From Suipraeoptans intestinalis (GTDB lineage Bacteria > Bacillota > Clostridia > Lachnospirales > Lachnospiraceae): a DNA stretch of 64,000 nucleotides. The stretch lies in assembly GCF_009696485.1 (NCBI RefSeq), contig NZ_VULY01000018.1:2157906-2221905 (forward strand), read 5' to 3'. The translations under genes were made by a program, and so were the position numbers. The notes below the pieces were generated by a model that was not told where the DNA came from, did no database searches, and saw nothing but the letters and a program-made list of their open reading frames with translations. Below, piece after piece: positions 41,001-49,123 of the stretch; positions within the stretch are counted from its first letter, which is position 1, and every line of letters starts with the position of its first letter.

Positions 41001-41330
41001 GTGGTGCTGTATCACAAGAGCAAGGAGGCCGGGAAGGAAGAGCTGGGCTATCGGTCAGAAGCCATGATCTCTGCCTACGAAAACATCTATGTAAAACGGT
41101 TTGTATTGTTCCAGGACGAGGCGGTGCATTACTACATACAGGAAACGGACGGAGATCAGATCCTCACCACGGATAAGCATGTTTTGACGGGAGAGGCCAA
41201 CCGTACCGTTTCCGGAAAATACGGAAGACTGAACCAGATGACAGAAATGGAAGGCGGAAATCTGCTGAGAGCCATGCAGGCGTATGCGGAAGAGGAAGAG
41301 ATGGCAAAGAAGCTGTTCCATAAATACTAA
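38040..41330 (+). CDS. Large (1096 aa) uncharacterized multidomain protein: two N-terminal about 90-aa repeat (beta-rich) modules plus an about 800-aa alpha-helical/TPR-like body
   Basis: Long ORF with TTG start after AGGTG; internal repeat (res. about 25-115 vs about 205-290: both G.G..(Y/L)RG.F.I/V.T.G.G....V). No Walker A, HD, PD-(D/E)xK, DEAD or other catalytic motif recognisable by eye. Confidence 0.6.
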   Translation: MKNKIQKFSKGDFQESRTQVVLDETNLVLIIGEGEVYRGSFTIRTNGKGTVRGLVYPSSFRVSFKDQGFEGNPARVEFTYDGRGLRPGHVEEGKFTVVCNGGELDLAFTAIIEKPYVMTSYGKVQSTDDFRKLAIKDFSEAVRLFRSREFYEILKYENERIFHLYDNMRKWSLGEQAMEEFLVGIKQKECIFLTMQGDGMLFEDIQEPTKGTLTLMKNTWGFMPVRIETEGEFLRVSRTQLSTDDFVGNVYEVEYVVRPEKLHGGRNFGMLKFVTPYEELTYQVEVLQNQEYHDDHGIAELLKAQILKEYIGYVAGRNELGRWVDSATEKMTALRKIDPLNEMYQLMQAHVYLFGNKVEEAKWILENYNYNRFAIGKDPVTNCYYLFLTAMVRGKGNHVERVLDEIGKTYMKHQDSWFLLFMIMKLDPRYKNPYKRIEVLEQQFQYGINEALFLLESYLCYQEKPILLKKLGRFEIQVLNFASKYRLMTRELALYVANFASQQKQYSDEMFRILERIYKMYSEPMILNTISTFLMKGDKKEQRYFGWYQKAVEAKLKIARLYEYYMMTIREDVVRGPLPKEILLYFMHGNSLDYRKAALLYTNLVTYEEQAGDLYLAYREQMVAFTWEQLEKRHITESLRVLYKRFCREEEMTPERMEAMRDICYSYEITTRVPNMKCVLVIEKDGSIRQRIPYTEEGTIVRLYDKESRVVWESVEGRYYTDSVAYETKRLFYEPRFLEMCRNYEGGTGAWKQEQKKEEPTFENIHQKGLDAFDEKDVFILCSKRIREDNYEEDDFLSHLCFELFKRGQYDKVTLTYLASYYCGATSDMKRLWKALKEYEVPAHKVGERIITQMVFSENLFGEEKIFEDYYLTDMVYFRLKQAYLAYVAREYILYERELEESVFQIIGNECEKKEDLPDVCKIALLKFYAGKSCSSDMEAVLHQALREMCEKQIVFPFYFQYREEWLREVLLYDKVLLSYRGRPGSSVVLYHKSKEAGKEELGYRSEAMISAYENIYVKRFVLFQDEAVHYYIQETDGDQILTTDKHVLTGEANRTVSGKYGRLNQMTEMEGGNLLRAMQAYAEEEEMAKKLFHKY

Positions 41331-41345
41331 AAAGGAGGATGTGCG

Positions 41346-42629
41346 GTGAGAAAGGGCGGTATTCTTGGCTATGACTTAAACGATAAGTATTGCCAGATCA
41401 GCTATTATGACGAATCAAAGGAAGAACCACAGACACTGGAATCCTCCGGAGAAAACTACCAGATCCCCATGATGATCGGATATGTGCGGGAGCACTGGGT
41501 CTATGGCAGGGAAGCGAAAAAGTACAGCGTTATCAATGAAGGTCATATCGTATCGGGAATTTTTGAGAAGGCGGTCAAGCGGGAAAAGGTTATGATCGGC
41601 GGAAAGAGCTTTGACGGAGTGTGGCTGTTGGCCAGATTCATCCGACTGAGCCTGCAGGAATTTGACTCCATCGATTTCATCACATTTTCCGTTCCCTATA
41701 CGGATATCGACATGTCCAAAATGCTAAAAGGCATCGGACAGCATATTGGCGTGGAGAAGGATAGGATCTTTATAGAAGACTATAAGGAAAGCTATTGCAA
41801 CTATATGTTTTATCAGCCAAAGGAGCTGTGGCAGTACGAATCGGCTCTGTTTTACTGCGATGCAAGAGAGATCCGCGCCTACATGCTGAGAAAGCTGAAC
41901 GCCATCAGCGGAAGAGGAAACGACAGATTCGTGACGGTGGATGAGGTGGCAAATGCCAGGATCCAGGAGTTGTCGGCTATCTACCCGGTTTTAAATGTGG
42001 ACCGGGCAAAGGATGCAGACGAAAAGTTTAAGGGGTTTATCGAAAATATTTTTGAGAAAAAGGTGGTTTCTTCCGTGTATCTTACGGGGGAAGGATTTGA
42101 AAACAGCTGGTATCCCAATTCTTTGAAGATTCTTTGCAACGGAAGGCGGGCATTTATCGGGAATAACCTGTACAGCAAGGGCGCCTGCTATCACTCCATG
42201 AAGAAACTGAGAGGATATGAGGAGGGGCCGATCTATCTGGATGAATCCAAGATGGCGGAGCAGATCTGTCTCCGGATGCGGGTGAGAGGACAGGAAAGAT
42301 GGTATCCCATCGTAGCATGGGGAACCCACTGGTACGAAGCGGACGGCGAATGGGAAGTTCTTTTGGAGGATGCTTCGGACATTGAGATCCGTGTGGAGAC
42401 GCTGGCAGGCAGCGAGGTGCAGATGGAGCGGGTATCCCTGTCGGGACTGCCTTCCAGAAGGGACTACTCTTTGAGGCTTCGGATCGAAGTGATGTTTTTG
42501 GATGAGAGGACCTGCAAGATCATCTTCCGGGATGCGGGGTTTGGAGAATTCTTCCCCGCCACGGATTTTTATGCAGAGAAGCTGTTGAATTTAGGAGGGA
42601 TCAATGGGCAGTTTAATTCTATGTCATAG
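41346..42629 (+). CDS. Degenerate Hsp70/actin-fold (ASKHA-like) protein, truncated after the NBD-SBD linker
   Basis: GILGYDLNDKYCQISYY aligns with the Hsp70 phosphate-1 IGIDLGTTNSCVAV; VYLTGEGFENSW with the phosphate-2/adenosine VLVGGSTRIP; C-terminal LRLRIEVMFLDERTCKIIFRDAGFG resembles the Hsp70 linker/first SBD strands (IEVTFDIDANGIL.V.A.D..TG). GTG start 8 nt after AAGGAGG, 16 nt after the upstream stop. Confidence 0.55.
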   Translation: MRKGGILGYDLNDKYCQISYYDESKEEPQTLESSGENYQIPMMIGYVREHWVYGREAKKYSVINEGHIVSGIFEKAVKREKVMIGGKSFDGVWLLARFIRLSLQEFDSIDFITFSVPYTDIDMSKMLKGIGQHIGVEKDRIFIEDYKESYCNYMFYQPKELWQYESALFYCDAREIRAYMLRKLNAISGRGNDRFVTVDEVANARIQELSAIYPVLNVDRAKDADEKFKGFIENIFEKKVVSSVYLTGEGFENSWYPNSLKILCNGRRAFIGNNLYSKGACYHSMKKLRGYEEGPIYLDESKMAEQICLRMRVRGQERWYPIVAWGTHWYEADGEWEVLLEDASDIEIRVETLAGSEVQMERVSLSGLPSRRDYSLRLRIEVMFLDERTCKIIFRDAGFGEFFPATDFYAEKLLNLGGINGQFNSMS

Positions 42630-43386
42630 GCAAAAAGCAAAGCAACCATATGAGATCGCCAGGGTCCATGTACGGGTCTATACCATAGAGGAACTTTGCT
42701 ATTACATCTGCAACAACCTGTATCTCATTGATTATACCCTGATGAATCGAAGGCTTTGCAGATGGTTTGAAACAGAACTGGGACTTTTGGAGCTGGCAAA
42801 AAAGCTGCGGGAAGCGCTGGATGAAAACTGTTCGCTGGAACAGTTTGTGATGATGATCCTGAAAGAATCCTGCATTTATCTTCCGGCTGATCTGAACCGG
42901 ATCCAGGGGATCCTGGAGCATCTGCAGTCCCAGAAGGAAGTGGAAAGGGCCAAGCACAAGGCGGACAGCCTTTGGGAAGGCGGAGAATACGAGGCTTCGA
43001 TCCTGGTGTATCAGACCATTGTGGATGGCGAATGGGATGATTCTCTGGATAAGAGCTTTTACGGAAAAGTGTACGCCTGCCTGGGGGCGGCTTACGGCAG
43101 GCTGTTTTTGTACAAAGAAGCAATCCGTATGTATGAAGAGGCCTGCAGGCTGTGTGAAGAACCGGAATTTTTAAAAGCATACCTGTATTGCTGTAAAAGA
43201 GGGCGGTCCGAGGCGGAGTATGTCAAGATGCTTTCGGGCAATCCGGCATTTTTAAGCCTGGACTCTGTCCTGAAAGAGGAATTAAAGCAGATTTCGGTGG
43301 AAAGTGAACCGGTCTGCACACAGGAGCAGTTGACACTCTGGAAAAAAGACTACAAAAAGGTTGACAATCATTCCGAAGCGTGTTAG
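42604..43386 (+). CDS. TPR-like helical repeat protein
   Basis: Start overlaps the upstream gene by 26 nt with RBS GGAGGG; helical repeats fitting the TPR consensus (YGKVYACLGAAYGRLFLYKEAIRMYEEACRL). Confidence 0.55.
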   Translation: MGSLILCHRQKAKQPYEIARVHVRVYTIEELCYYICNNLYLIDYTLMNRRLCRWFETELGLLELAKKLREALDENCSLEQFVMMILKESCIYLPADLNRIQGILEHLQSQKEVERAKHKADSLWEGGEYEASILVYQTIVDGEWDDSLDKSFYGKVYACLGAAYGRLFLYKEAIRMYEEACRLCEEPEFLKAYLYCCKRGRSEAEYVKMLSGNPAFLSLDSVLKEELKQISVESEPVCTQEQLTLWKKDYKKVDNHSEAC

Positions 43387-43487
43387 TATGACAAAGTAAT
43401 TTAGCAAGGTAAAGTAGTCAATTATTAGCAAGGTAGCATAATGACGAAACGAAAGCATACCGACGGAACAGATTTGGAGGAATGGTT

Positions 43488-44309
43488 ATGAAGAGGAAAC
43501 TGGCAGTTGTATTGGCACTGACGATGGCGGCAGCAGTGGTATTGGCAGGCTGCGGCAGCAATAAGAAAGAAACAAAGAAGGAAAGCAAGGCAGAATTTGC
43601 AGCCAAGGAAAAAGGGGATACCTTTACAGTAGGGTTCGATCAGGATTTCCCGCCTATGGGCTTTGTGGGGGATGATGGGGAATATACAGGATTTGACCTG
43701 GAGGTGGCAAAGGCTGTGTGTGAAAAACTGGGCCTGAAATTTGTACCCAAGCCTATTGCCTGGGATGCAAAGGATGCAGAGCTGAAATCCGGCGGGATCG
43801 ACTGTGTATGGAACGGATTTACCATCAATGGAAGAGAAGACGATTATACCTGGAGCAAGCCGTATCTGAATAACAAGCAGGTGTTTGTGGTCAGGAAGGA
43901 CTCCGGGATCAAGACGGAGAAGGATCTGGCAGGGAAGGTGGTAGACGTACAGACGGACTCTTCTGCCCAGGTAGCGCTGGAAGACAACAAAGAACTGACA
44001 GACACCTTTGGAAATCTGCAGGTGGTTGCGGATTATAATACCGGCTTTATGGATCTGGAATCCGGCGCAGTGGATGCGGTTGCCATGGATATTGTGGTGG
44101 CGGCTTACCAGATTGAAAAAAGAGAAGCAGAGTTTGAAATTCTGGATTACGAGATCGCTTCCGAGGAGTACGGAGTGGGATTTGCAAAAGGAAATGAAGC
44201 CCTGCGTGACCAGATCCAGAAGGCGCTGGAAGAGCTGGCAGATGAAGGGACACTGGCACAGATCTCCGAAAAGTGGTTCCAGAAAGATATTACAACGATC
44301 AATCAATAA
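43488..44309 (+). CDS. Polar amino acid ABC transporter substrate-binding lipoprotein (family 3 SBP)
   Basis: Signal peptide with LAGCGS lipobox; FDQDFPPMGF...AWDAKDAELKSGGIDCVWNGFTI type-3 SBP motifs. Confidence 0.9.
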   Translation: MKRKLAVVLALTMAAAVVLAGCGSNKKETKKESKAEFAAKEKGDTFTVGFDQDFPPMGFVGDDGEYTGFDLEVAKAVCEKLGLKFVPKPIAWDAKDAELKSGGIDCVWNGFTINGREDDYTWSKPYLNNKQVFVVRKDSGIKTEKDLAGKVVDVQTDSSAQVALEDNKELTDTFGNLQVVADYNTGFMDLESGAVDAVAMDIVVAAYQIEKREAEFEILDYEIASEEYGVGFAKGNEALRDQIQKALEELADEGTLAQISEKWFQKDITTINQ

Positions 44310-44381
44310 GCTTAGGGGAAGCGAAACAGGTGAGCTGTCCGAAAGATGGCTCGCCTTTCGTTTCGTAGGAAGGAGTAAGTT

Positions 44382-45032
44382 ATGTCCGTTTCAGTCATGA
44401 TTCATAAATTGATGGAGGGCATGCTGGTGTCGCTGGCAATCTTTGCCGTTACACTGGTGTTTTCTTTGCCGCTGGGACTTTTGGTGTCCTTTGGAAGGAT
44501 GTCCAGAAATCCGGTGGTCCGGGGTGTATTTAAAATTTATATTTCCATTATGCGGGGAACGCCTCTGATGCTCCAGCTGATGGTCATTTATTTTGGACCC
44601 TACTATCTGCTGGGGATCCAAAACAGCTACACCTGGAAAAACATGGCGGTGGCAGTGGGCTTTGTGCTGAACTATGCAGCATATTTTGCGGAGATCTACC
44701 GGGGCGGGATCGAATCGATGCCAAAGGGACAGTATGAGGCGGCAAAGATCCTGGGCTATAACAGCAGCCAGACATTTCTTCGGATCATTCTTCCCCAGGT
44801 AATGAAAAGGATCCTTCCTTCCATCACAAACGAAACGATCACGCTGGTCAAGGACACCTCTTTGGCCTTTACCATCGGCATCATGGAGATGTTCACCATT
44901 GCCAAGGCACTGGCAGCGTCCCAGACCACCATGCTTCCGTATCTGTTTGCAGGGATCTTCTATTATGTGTTTAATTTTGTAGTAGCATTCCTGATGGAAA
45001 CCATCGAAAAGAAAATGAACTATTACAGTTAG
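44382..45032 (+). CDS. Amino acid ABC transporter permease (HisM/GlnP type)
   Basis: EAA-loop-containing permease (AAKILGYNSSQTFLRIILPQ). Confidence 0.9.
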   Translation: MSVSVMIHKLMEGMLVSLAIFAVTLVFSLPLGLLVSFGRMSRNPVVRGVFKIYISIMRGTPLMLQLMVIYFGPYYLLGIQNSYTWKNMAVAVGFVLNYAAYFAEIYRGGIESMPKGQYEAAKILGYNSSQTFLRIILPQVMKRILPSITNETITLVKDTSLAFTIGIMEMFTIAKALAASQTTMLPYLFAGIFYYVFNFVVAFLMETIEKKMNYYS

Positions 45033-45043
45033 GGGGGAATCAG

Positions 45044-45733
45044 ATGAACTTATTGGAAATGCGTCATATCAGAAAAAGCTTTGACGGTGTGGAAGTGTTG
45101 AAAGATATCTCCCTGACGGTGAAGGAGGGAGAGGTATTGGGGATCATCGGACCCTCCGGCTCCGGGAAATCCACGCTGCTTCGCTGCGCGACAAAGCTGG
45201 AGACTTACGACGCCGGAGAAGTGACATACGGAGGAAGCGTGGGCCTGGTCTTCCAGAATTTTAATCTTTTTCCACATTTTTCAGTGCTGAAGAATATCAT
45301 GGATGCACCTATACGGGTACAGAAGAGGAACCGGGCGGAGGTAAAACAGGAGGCGGAGGAGCTTCTGGAAAAAATGGGTCTGAAAGACAAGGCGAACGCC
45401 TATCCTTGCCAGCTGTCAGGCGGACAGCAGCAGAGGGTATCTATCGCGCGGGCTTTGGCTATGAAGCCGGACATCCTGTTTTTTGACGAGCCGACTTCTG
45501 CTTTGGATCCGGAGCTGACAGGCGAGATCCTGAAGGTGATCCGGCAGCTGGCGCAGGAGAAGATGACCATGGTGATCGTGACGCATGAGATGGATTTTGC
45601 AAAACATGTTTCGGATCACATTATTTTCATGGAAGAAGGATATATTGCCCTGGAAGGAAGCCCGGAGGAGGTTTTTGAGTCTTCTAATGCCAGGATTCAG
45701 GAGTTTTTAGGGAGGTTTTCCAAGAACCGGTAG
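45044..45733 (+). CDS. Amino acid ABC transporter ATP-binding protein
   Basis: Walker A GPSGSGKST, Q-loop, LSGGQQQRVSIARAL, Walker B ILFFDEPTSALD, H-loop VTHEM. Confidence 0.95.
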   Translation: MNLLEMRHIRKSFDGVEVLKDISLTVKEGEVLGIIGPSGSGKSTLLRCATKLETYDAGEVTYGGSVGLVFQNFNLFPHFSVLKNIMDAPIRVQKRNRAEVKQEAEELLEKMGLKDKANAYPCQLSGGQQQRVSIARALAMKPDILFFDEPTSALDPELTGEILKVIRQLAQEKMTMVIVTHEMDFAKHVSDHIIFMEEGYIALEGSPEEVFESSNARIQEFLGRFSKNR

Positions 45734-45888
45734 AGGACAGGAAATTTTTCTCGGAGAAGCAGGATCAGAAAGGCGTGTCGCAAAAGCGGCTGCCGATTCA
45801 AATACATGGGACAAAACTAATAAGTGATGAAAATAAATTAGGTATACTAATAAATAATCACAATAGAAATAATAATCAAATACAAGAC

Positions 45889-45930
45889 ACAGGCAGGGGG
45901 AAATATTGCTTTTCCCCCTGCCTTGTATTA
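45889..45930 (+). terminator. Hairpin (probable terminator of the ABC operon; overlaps the purC promoter region)
   Basis: CAGGCAGGGGGAAAA...TTTTCCCCCTGCCTTG near-perfect 15-bp stem followed by a U-rich TATTATACT. Confidence 0.55.
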
Positions 45931-45982
45931 TACTGAGAAGGCACACAAAGGGCAATGAATTCAGAAAAGGATGGGTGTTATT

Positions 45983-46690
45983 ATGCAAAAATTAGAGCAA
46001 TTGTACGAGGGAAAAGCAAAGAAAGTGTTTCGGACGGACGATCCGGATGTGGTGATCGTAGACTATAAGGATGACGCTACTGCTTTTAACGGAGAGAAAA
46101 AAGGAACAATTGTGGGGAAGGGTGTAATCAACAACCGTATGACCAATTATATTTTTCAGAAATTAGAGGAAGAGGGCGTGCCGACACACTATGTGCAGGA
46201 GCTGAGCGACCGGGAGACGGCAGTAAAGAAAGTGGAGATCGTACCTCTGGAGGTGATCGTGCGTAATGTGGCGGCAGGAAGCTTTTCCAAAAGGCTCGGG
46301 ATCGAAGAGGGAACGGCCCTTCTTGCCCCGACGCTGGAGTTCAGCTACAAGGACGACGATCTGGGCGATCCTCTGATCAACGATTATATGGCGATCGCCA
46401 TCGGAGCTTCCACCAGGGAAGAAATTGAAAAGATCACAGAATATACCTTTAAGGTCAACGATGTCCTGAAAGCGTTTTTCAAAGAAGCAGGGATCGAACT
46501 GATTGACTTTAAGATTGAGTTTGGGCGCTACCACGGAGAAGTGATCCTGGCAGATGAGATCTCTCCGGATACCTGCCGCCTGTGGGACAGCAAGACCAGA
46601 GAAAAGCTGGATAAAGACAGATTCCGCAGGGATATGGGAAATGTGGAGGACGCTTATCAGGAAGTATTCAGAAGGATCGGAATTCAGTAA
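45983..46690 (+). CDS. purC: Phosphoribosylaminoimidazole-succinocarboxamide synthase
   Basis: [10 protein letters not shown] PurC start and SAICAR synthetase core; start at ATG 45983 ([15 protein letters not shown]) with RBS AAGGATGGG. Confidence 0.9.
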   Translation: MQKLEQLYEGKAKKVFRTDDPDVVIVDYKDDATAFNGEKKGTIVGKGVINNRMTNYIFQKLEEEGVPTHYVQELSDRETAVKKVEIVPLEVIVRNVAAGSFSKRLGIEEGTALLAPTLEFSYKDDDLGDPLINDYMAIAIGASTREEIEKITEYTFKVNDVLKAFFKEAGIELIDFKIEFGRYHGEVILADEISPDTCRLWDSKTREKLDKDRFRRDMGNVEDAYQEVFRRIGIQ

Positions 46691-46701
46691 GGAGCAGAAG
46701 A

Positions 46702-48135
46702 ATGAGTCAGGACAGATACAAAAGCCCTCTTTCCGAGAGGTACTCCAGCAAGGAGATGCAATATATATTTTCGCCTCATAAGAAATTTACCACCTGGAGA
46801 AAATTATGGGTGGCCCTGGCGGAGACAGAAATGGAACTGGGACTTCCCATTACACAAGAGCAGATCGACGAACTGAAGGCAAATGTAGAAAACATCAACT
46901 ATGACGTGGCCCGGGAAAGAGAAAAGCTGGTGCGCCACGATGTGATGTCCCACGTATATGCCTACGGGGAACAGTGCCCGAAAGCCAGAGGGATCATCCA
47001 TCTGGGAGCCACCTCCTGCTATGTGGGAGACAATACGGATATCCTGATCATGGCAGAAGCATTGGAACTGATCCGAAAAAAGCTTCTGAATGTGATCGAC
47101 AGGCTGGCAGGATTTGCGGACCGGTACAAGGATCTTCCTACCCTGGCATTTACCCACTTTCAGCCGGCACAGCCTACCACCGTGGGAAAAAGAGCTGCAC
47201 TGTGGATCCAGGAATTTATGATGGATCTGGAGGATCTGGACTATGTGCGCGGCAGCCTGAAGCTTTTGGGATCCAAGGGAACAACGGGAACACAGGCAAG
47301 CTTCCAGGAATTGTTTGAGGGCGAGGAGGAAAAAATCTCCCAGATAGACAAAAAAATCGCGGAAAAAATGGGAATGCCGGACTGTTATCCGGTTTCCGGA
47401 CAGACCTATTCCAGAAAGGTCGATACCAGGGTGCTGAATATCCTGGCGGGGATTGCTGCCAGCGCCACCAAGATGTCCAATGATATCCGTCTGCTGCAGC
47501 ATCTGAAAGAGGTGGAGGAGCCTTTTGAAAAAAATCAGATCGGTTCATCCGCCATGGCTTACAAGAGAAATCCCATGCGGAGCGAGCGGATTGCGTCTCT
47601 CTCCCGGTATGTGATGGTGGATGCACTGAATCCGGCTATTACCTCCGCTACACAGTGGTTTGAGCGGACGCTGGATGATTCTGCCAACAAGCGGTTGAGC
47701 GTGGCGGAAGGCTTTCTTGCCACAGACGGGATTTTGGATCTGTGCATGAACGTAGCGGACGGACTGGTGGTCTATCCCAAGGTGATAGAGAAACGTCTCC
47801 GCTCGGAGCTGCCTTTCATGGCTACAGAAAACATCCTGATGGACGCAGTGAAGGCAGGAGGAGACAGACAGGAGCTTCATGAGAAGATCCGGGAAATGTC
47901 CATGGAGGCAGGCCGTAACGTAAAGGAAAACGGGCAGGAGAACAATCTGCTGGAGCTGATCGCAAAGGATTCTTCCTTTGATCTGTCAGAAGCAGACCTG
48001 GAGAGGGTGATGGATCCCTCCAGATATGTAGGGCGCTCCGGCCGCCAGGTAGAAGCATATCTGGCGGATCATGTAAGGCCGGTACTGGCTGCAAACCAGG
48101 GAGAACTGGGCATGATGTCTGACATAACGGTATAG
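46702..48135 (+). CDS. purB: Adenylosuccinate lyase
   Basis: MSQDRYKSPLSERYSSKEM start and the fumarase/ASL signature GSSAMAYKRNPMRSE. Confidence 0.95.
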   Translation: MSQDRYKSPLSERYSSKEMQYIFSPHKKFTTWRKLWVALAETEMELGLPITQEQIDELKANVENINYDVAREREKLVRHDVMSHVYAYGEQCPKARGIIHLGATSCYVGDNTDILIMAEALELIRKKLLNVIDRLAGFADRYKDLPTLAFTHFQPAQPTTVGKRAALWIQEFMMDLEDLDYVRGSLKLLGSKGTTGTQASFQELFEGEEEKISQIDKKIAEKMGMPDCYPVSGQTYSRKVDTRVLNILAGIAASATKMSNDIRLLQHLKEVEEPFEKNQIGSSAMAYKRNPMRSERIASLSRYVMVDALNPAITSATQWFERTLDDSANKRLSVAEGFLATDGILDLCMNVADGLVVYPKVIEKRLRSELPFMATENILMDAVKAGGDRQELHEKIREMSMEAGRNVKENGQENNLLELIAKDSSFDLSEADLERVMDPSRYVGRSGRQVEAYLADHVRPVLAANQGELGMMSDITV

Positions 48136-48317
48136 CTGAAAAATGAAGTCAATCCAGAAAGTTTCACAAAAAAACTGACAGGAAACTGTGCAAAAAAGAC
48201 AAATTAAAGCGATTGGTTTTTGGGGCTTGAAAAATAAATAACAATGGATTATTATTGACGTATGCAATAGTTATTTATAAATAAAACCTATAATACATAT
48301 AAAAATGGAGCGGGTTG

Positions 48318-48525
48318 AGATTTTTCTGGAGAGAACTTTTAAAGTCGCCGAAGAGGCAAGCTTGTAAACGGATCGTATTTACAAAGTGAAACTTTCAGGC
48401 AAAAGGACAGAGAAATGGACTGCATTCTGGATATTGTACTGTGCGACTGAAGATAGTGAAGGCAGGACAAAAGACAGGAAGGGCGAGATACACAAGGTGT
48501 ATGTTCGTCCTTTTTCTTATTCTGT
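48318..48525 (+). promoter_or_regulatory. Glycine riboswitch (well-conserved aptamer 1, degenerate aptamer-2-like segment) with terminator-type expression platform, upstream of grdX
   Basis: Aptamer 1 (48318-48412): CTGGAGAG...CGCCGAAGAGGCAA...CTTTCAGGCAAAAGGACAGAG matches the glycine-riboswitch consensus (GGAGAG / GCACCGAAGGAGCAA / CTCTCAGGCAAAAGGACAG). A second, weaker copy (ACTGTGCGACTGAAGATAG...TGAAGGCAGGACAAAAGACAGG). Then hairpin GGGCGAGATACACA...TGTATGTTCGTCC + TTTTTCTTATT (48481-48521). Confidence 0.65.
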
Positions 48526-48668
48526 GGGAACATTGTCTCCTGTGCAATCAAAATTCCCTGACAGGAGGGCACCGCGGGAGAAGCGCCTTATGACAGAGAG
48601 GCTTCCGACAGTGGATCCCCGGGAGAAGAAGTTTGATTTATAGAAAATTTCAATAAGGAAACGAAAAA

Positions 48669-49055
48669 ATGGCAAAAGAAGATTATATCATAGTTACCAA
48701 CAATCCTATGGTGTATCAGAAGTACGACGGACAGAGGAAGATGATCTATGCAGAAACTTCCTATGAAGGACTTTTGCAGCAGGTCCGGGATAAAGTACAC
48801 GAGGGACATCATTTGCTGTCCCACCCCCTTTCCGGAAGCGTCAAGCCCAATGAGACGCCCTATAAGTCTGTGATGATCTCAGCAAGGCCGGGTAGTCTTT
48901 CGCAGGAATCCCTGCGGATGATCGAGTCGGCGATAGAGGCCTGTAAGAAGTTCGCATTTCGGACGGAGACTTATGATGAAGCAGTCCACAGAGATTTTCA
49001 GTGGGTAGACCTTAACCTGATCGAAAGCGGGATGGAATCCGCCGATCTTATGTAA
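48669..49055 (+). CDS. grdX: Glycine reductase complex-associated protein GrdX
   Basis: About 128-aa protein MAKEDYIIVTNNPMVY... at the head of the grd operon; matches GrdX in size, position and N-terminal pattern. Confidence 0.7.
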   Translation: MAKEDYIIVTNNPMVYQKYDGQRKMIYAETSYEGLLQQVRDKVHEGHHLLSHPLSGSVKPNETPYKSVMISARPGSLSQESLRMIESAIEACKKFAFRTETYDEAVHRDFQWVDLNLIESGMESADLM

Positions 49056-49123
49056 CAGGAACCAATCGGTTGCAGAGCGTTTCGCTATGACAATACACAT
49101 TTCATATGAAGGAGGAATTTACA

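Noticed and set aside
48386-48643. 85-aa ORF upstream of grdX
   Set aside because: Lies entirely within the glycine riboswitch/leader RNA. No RBS; the listed ATG at 48386 lies inside the first aptamer.
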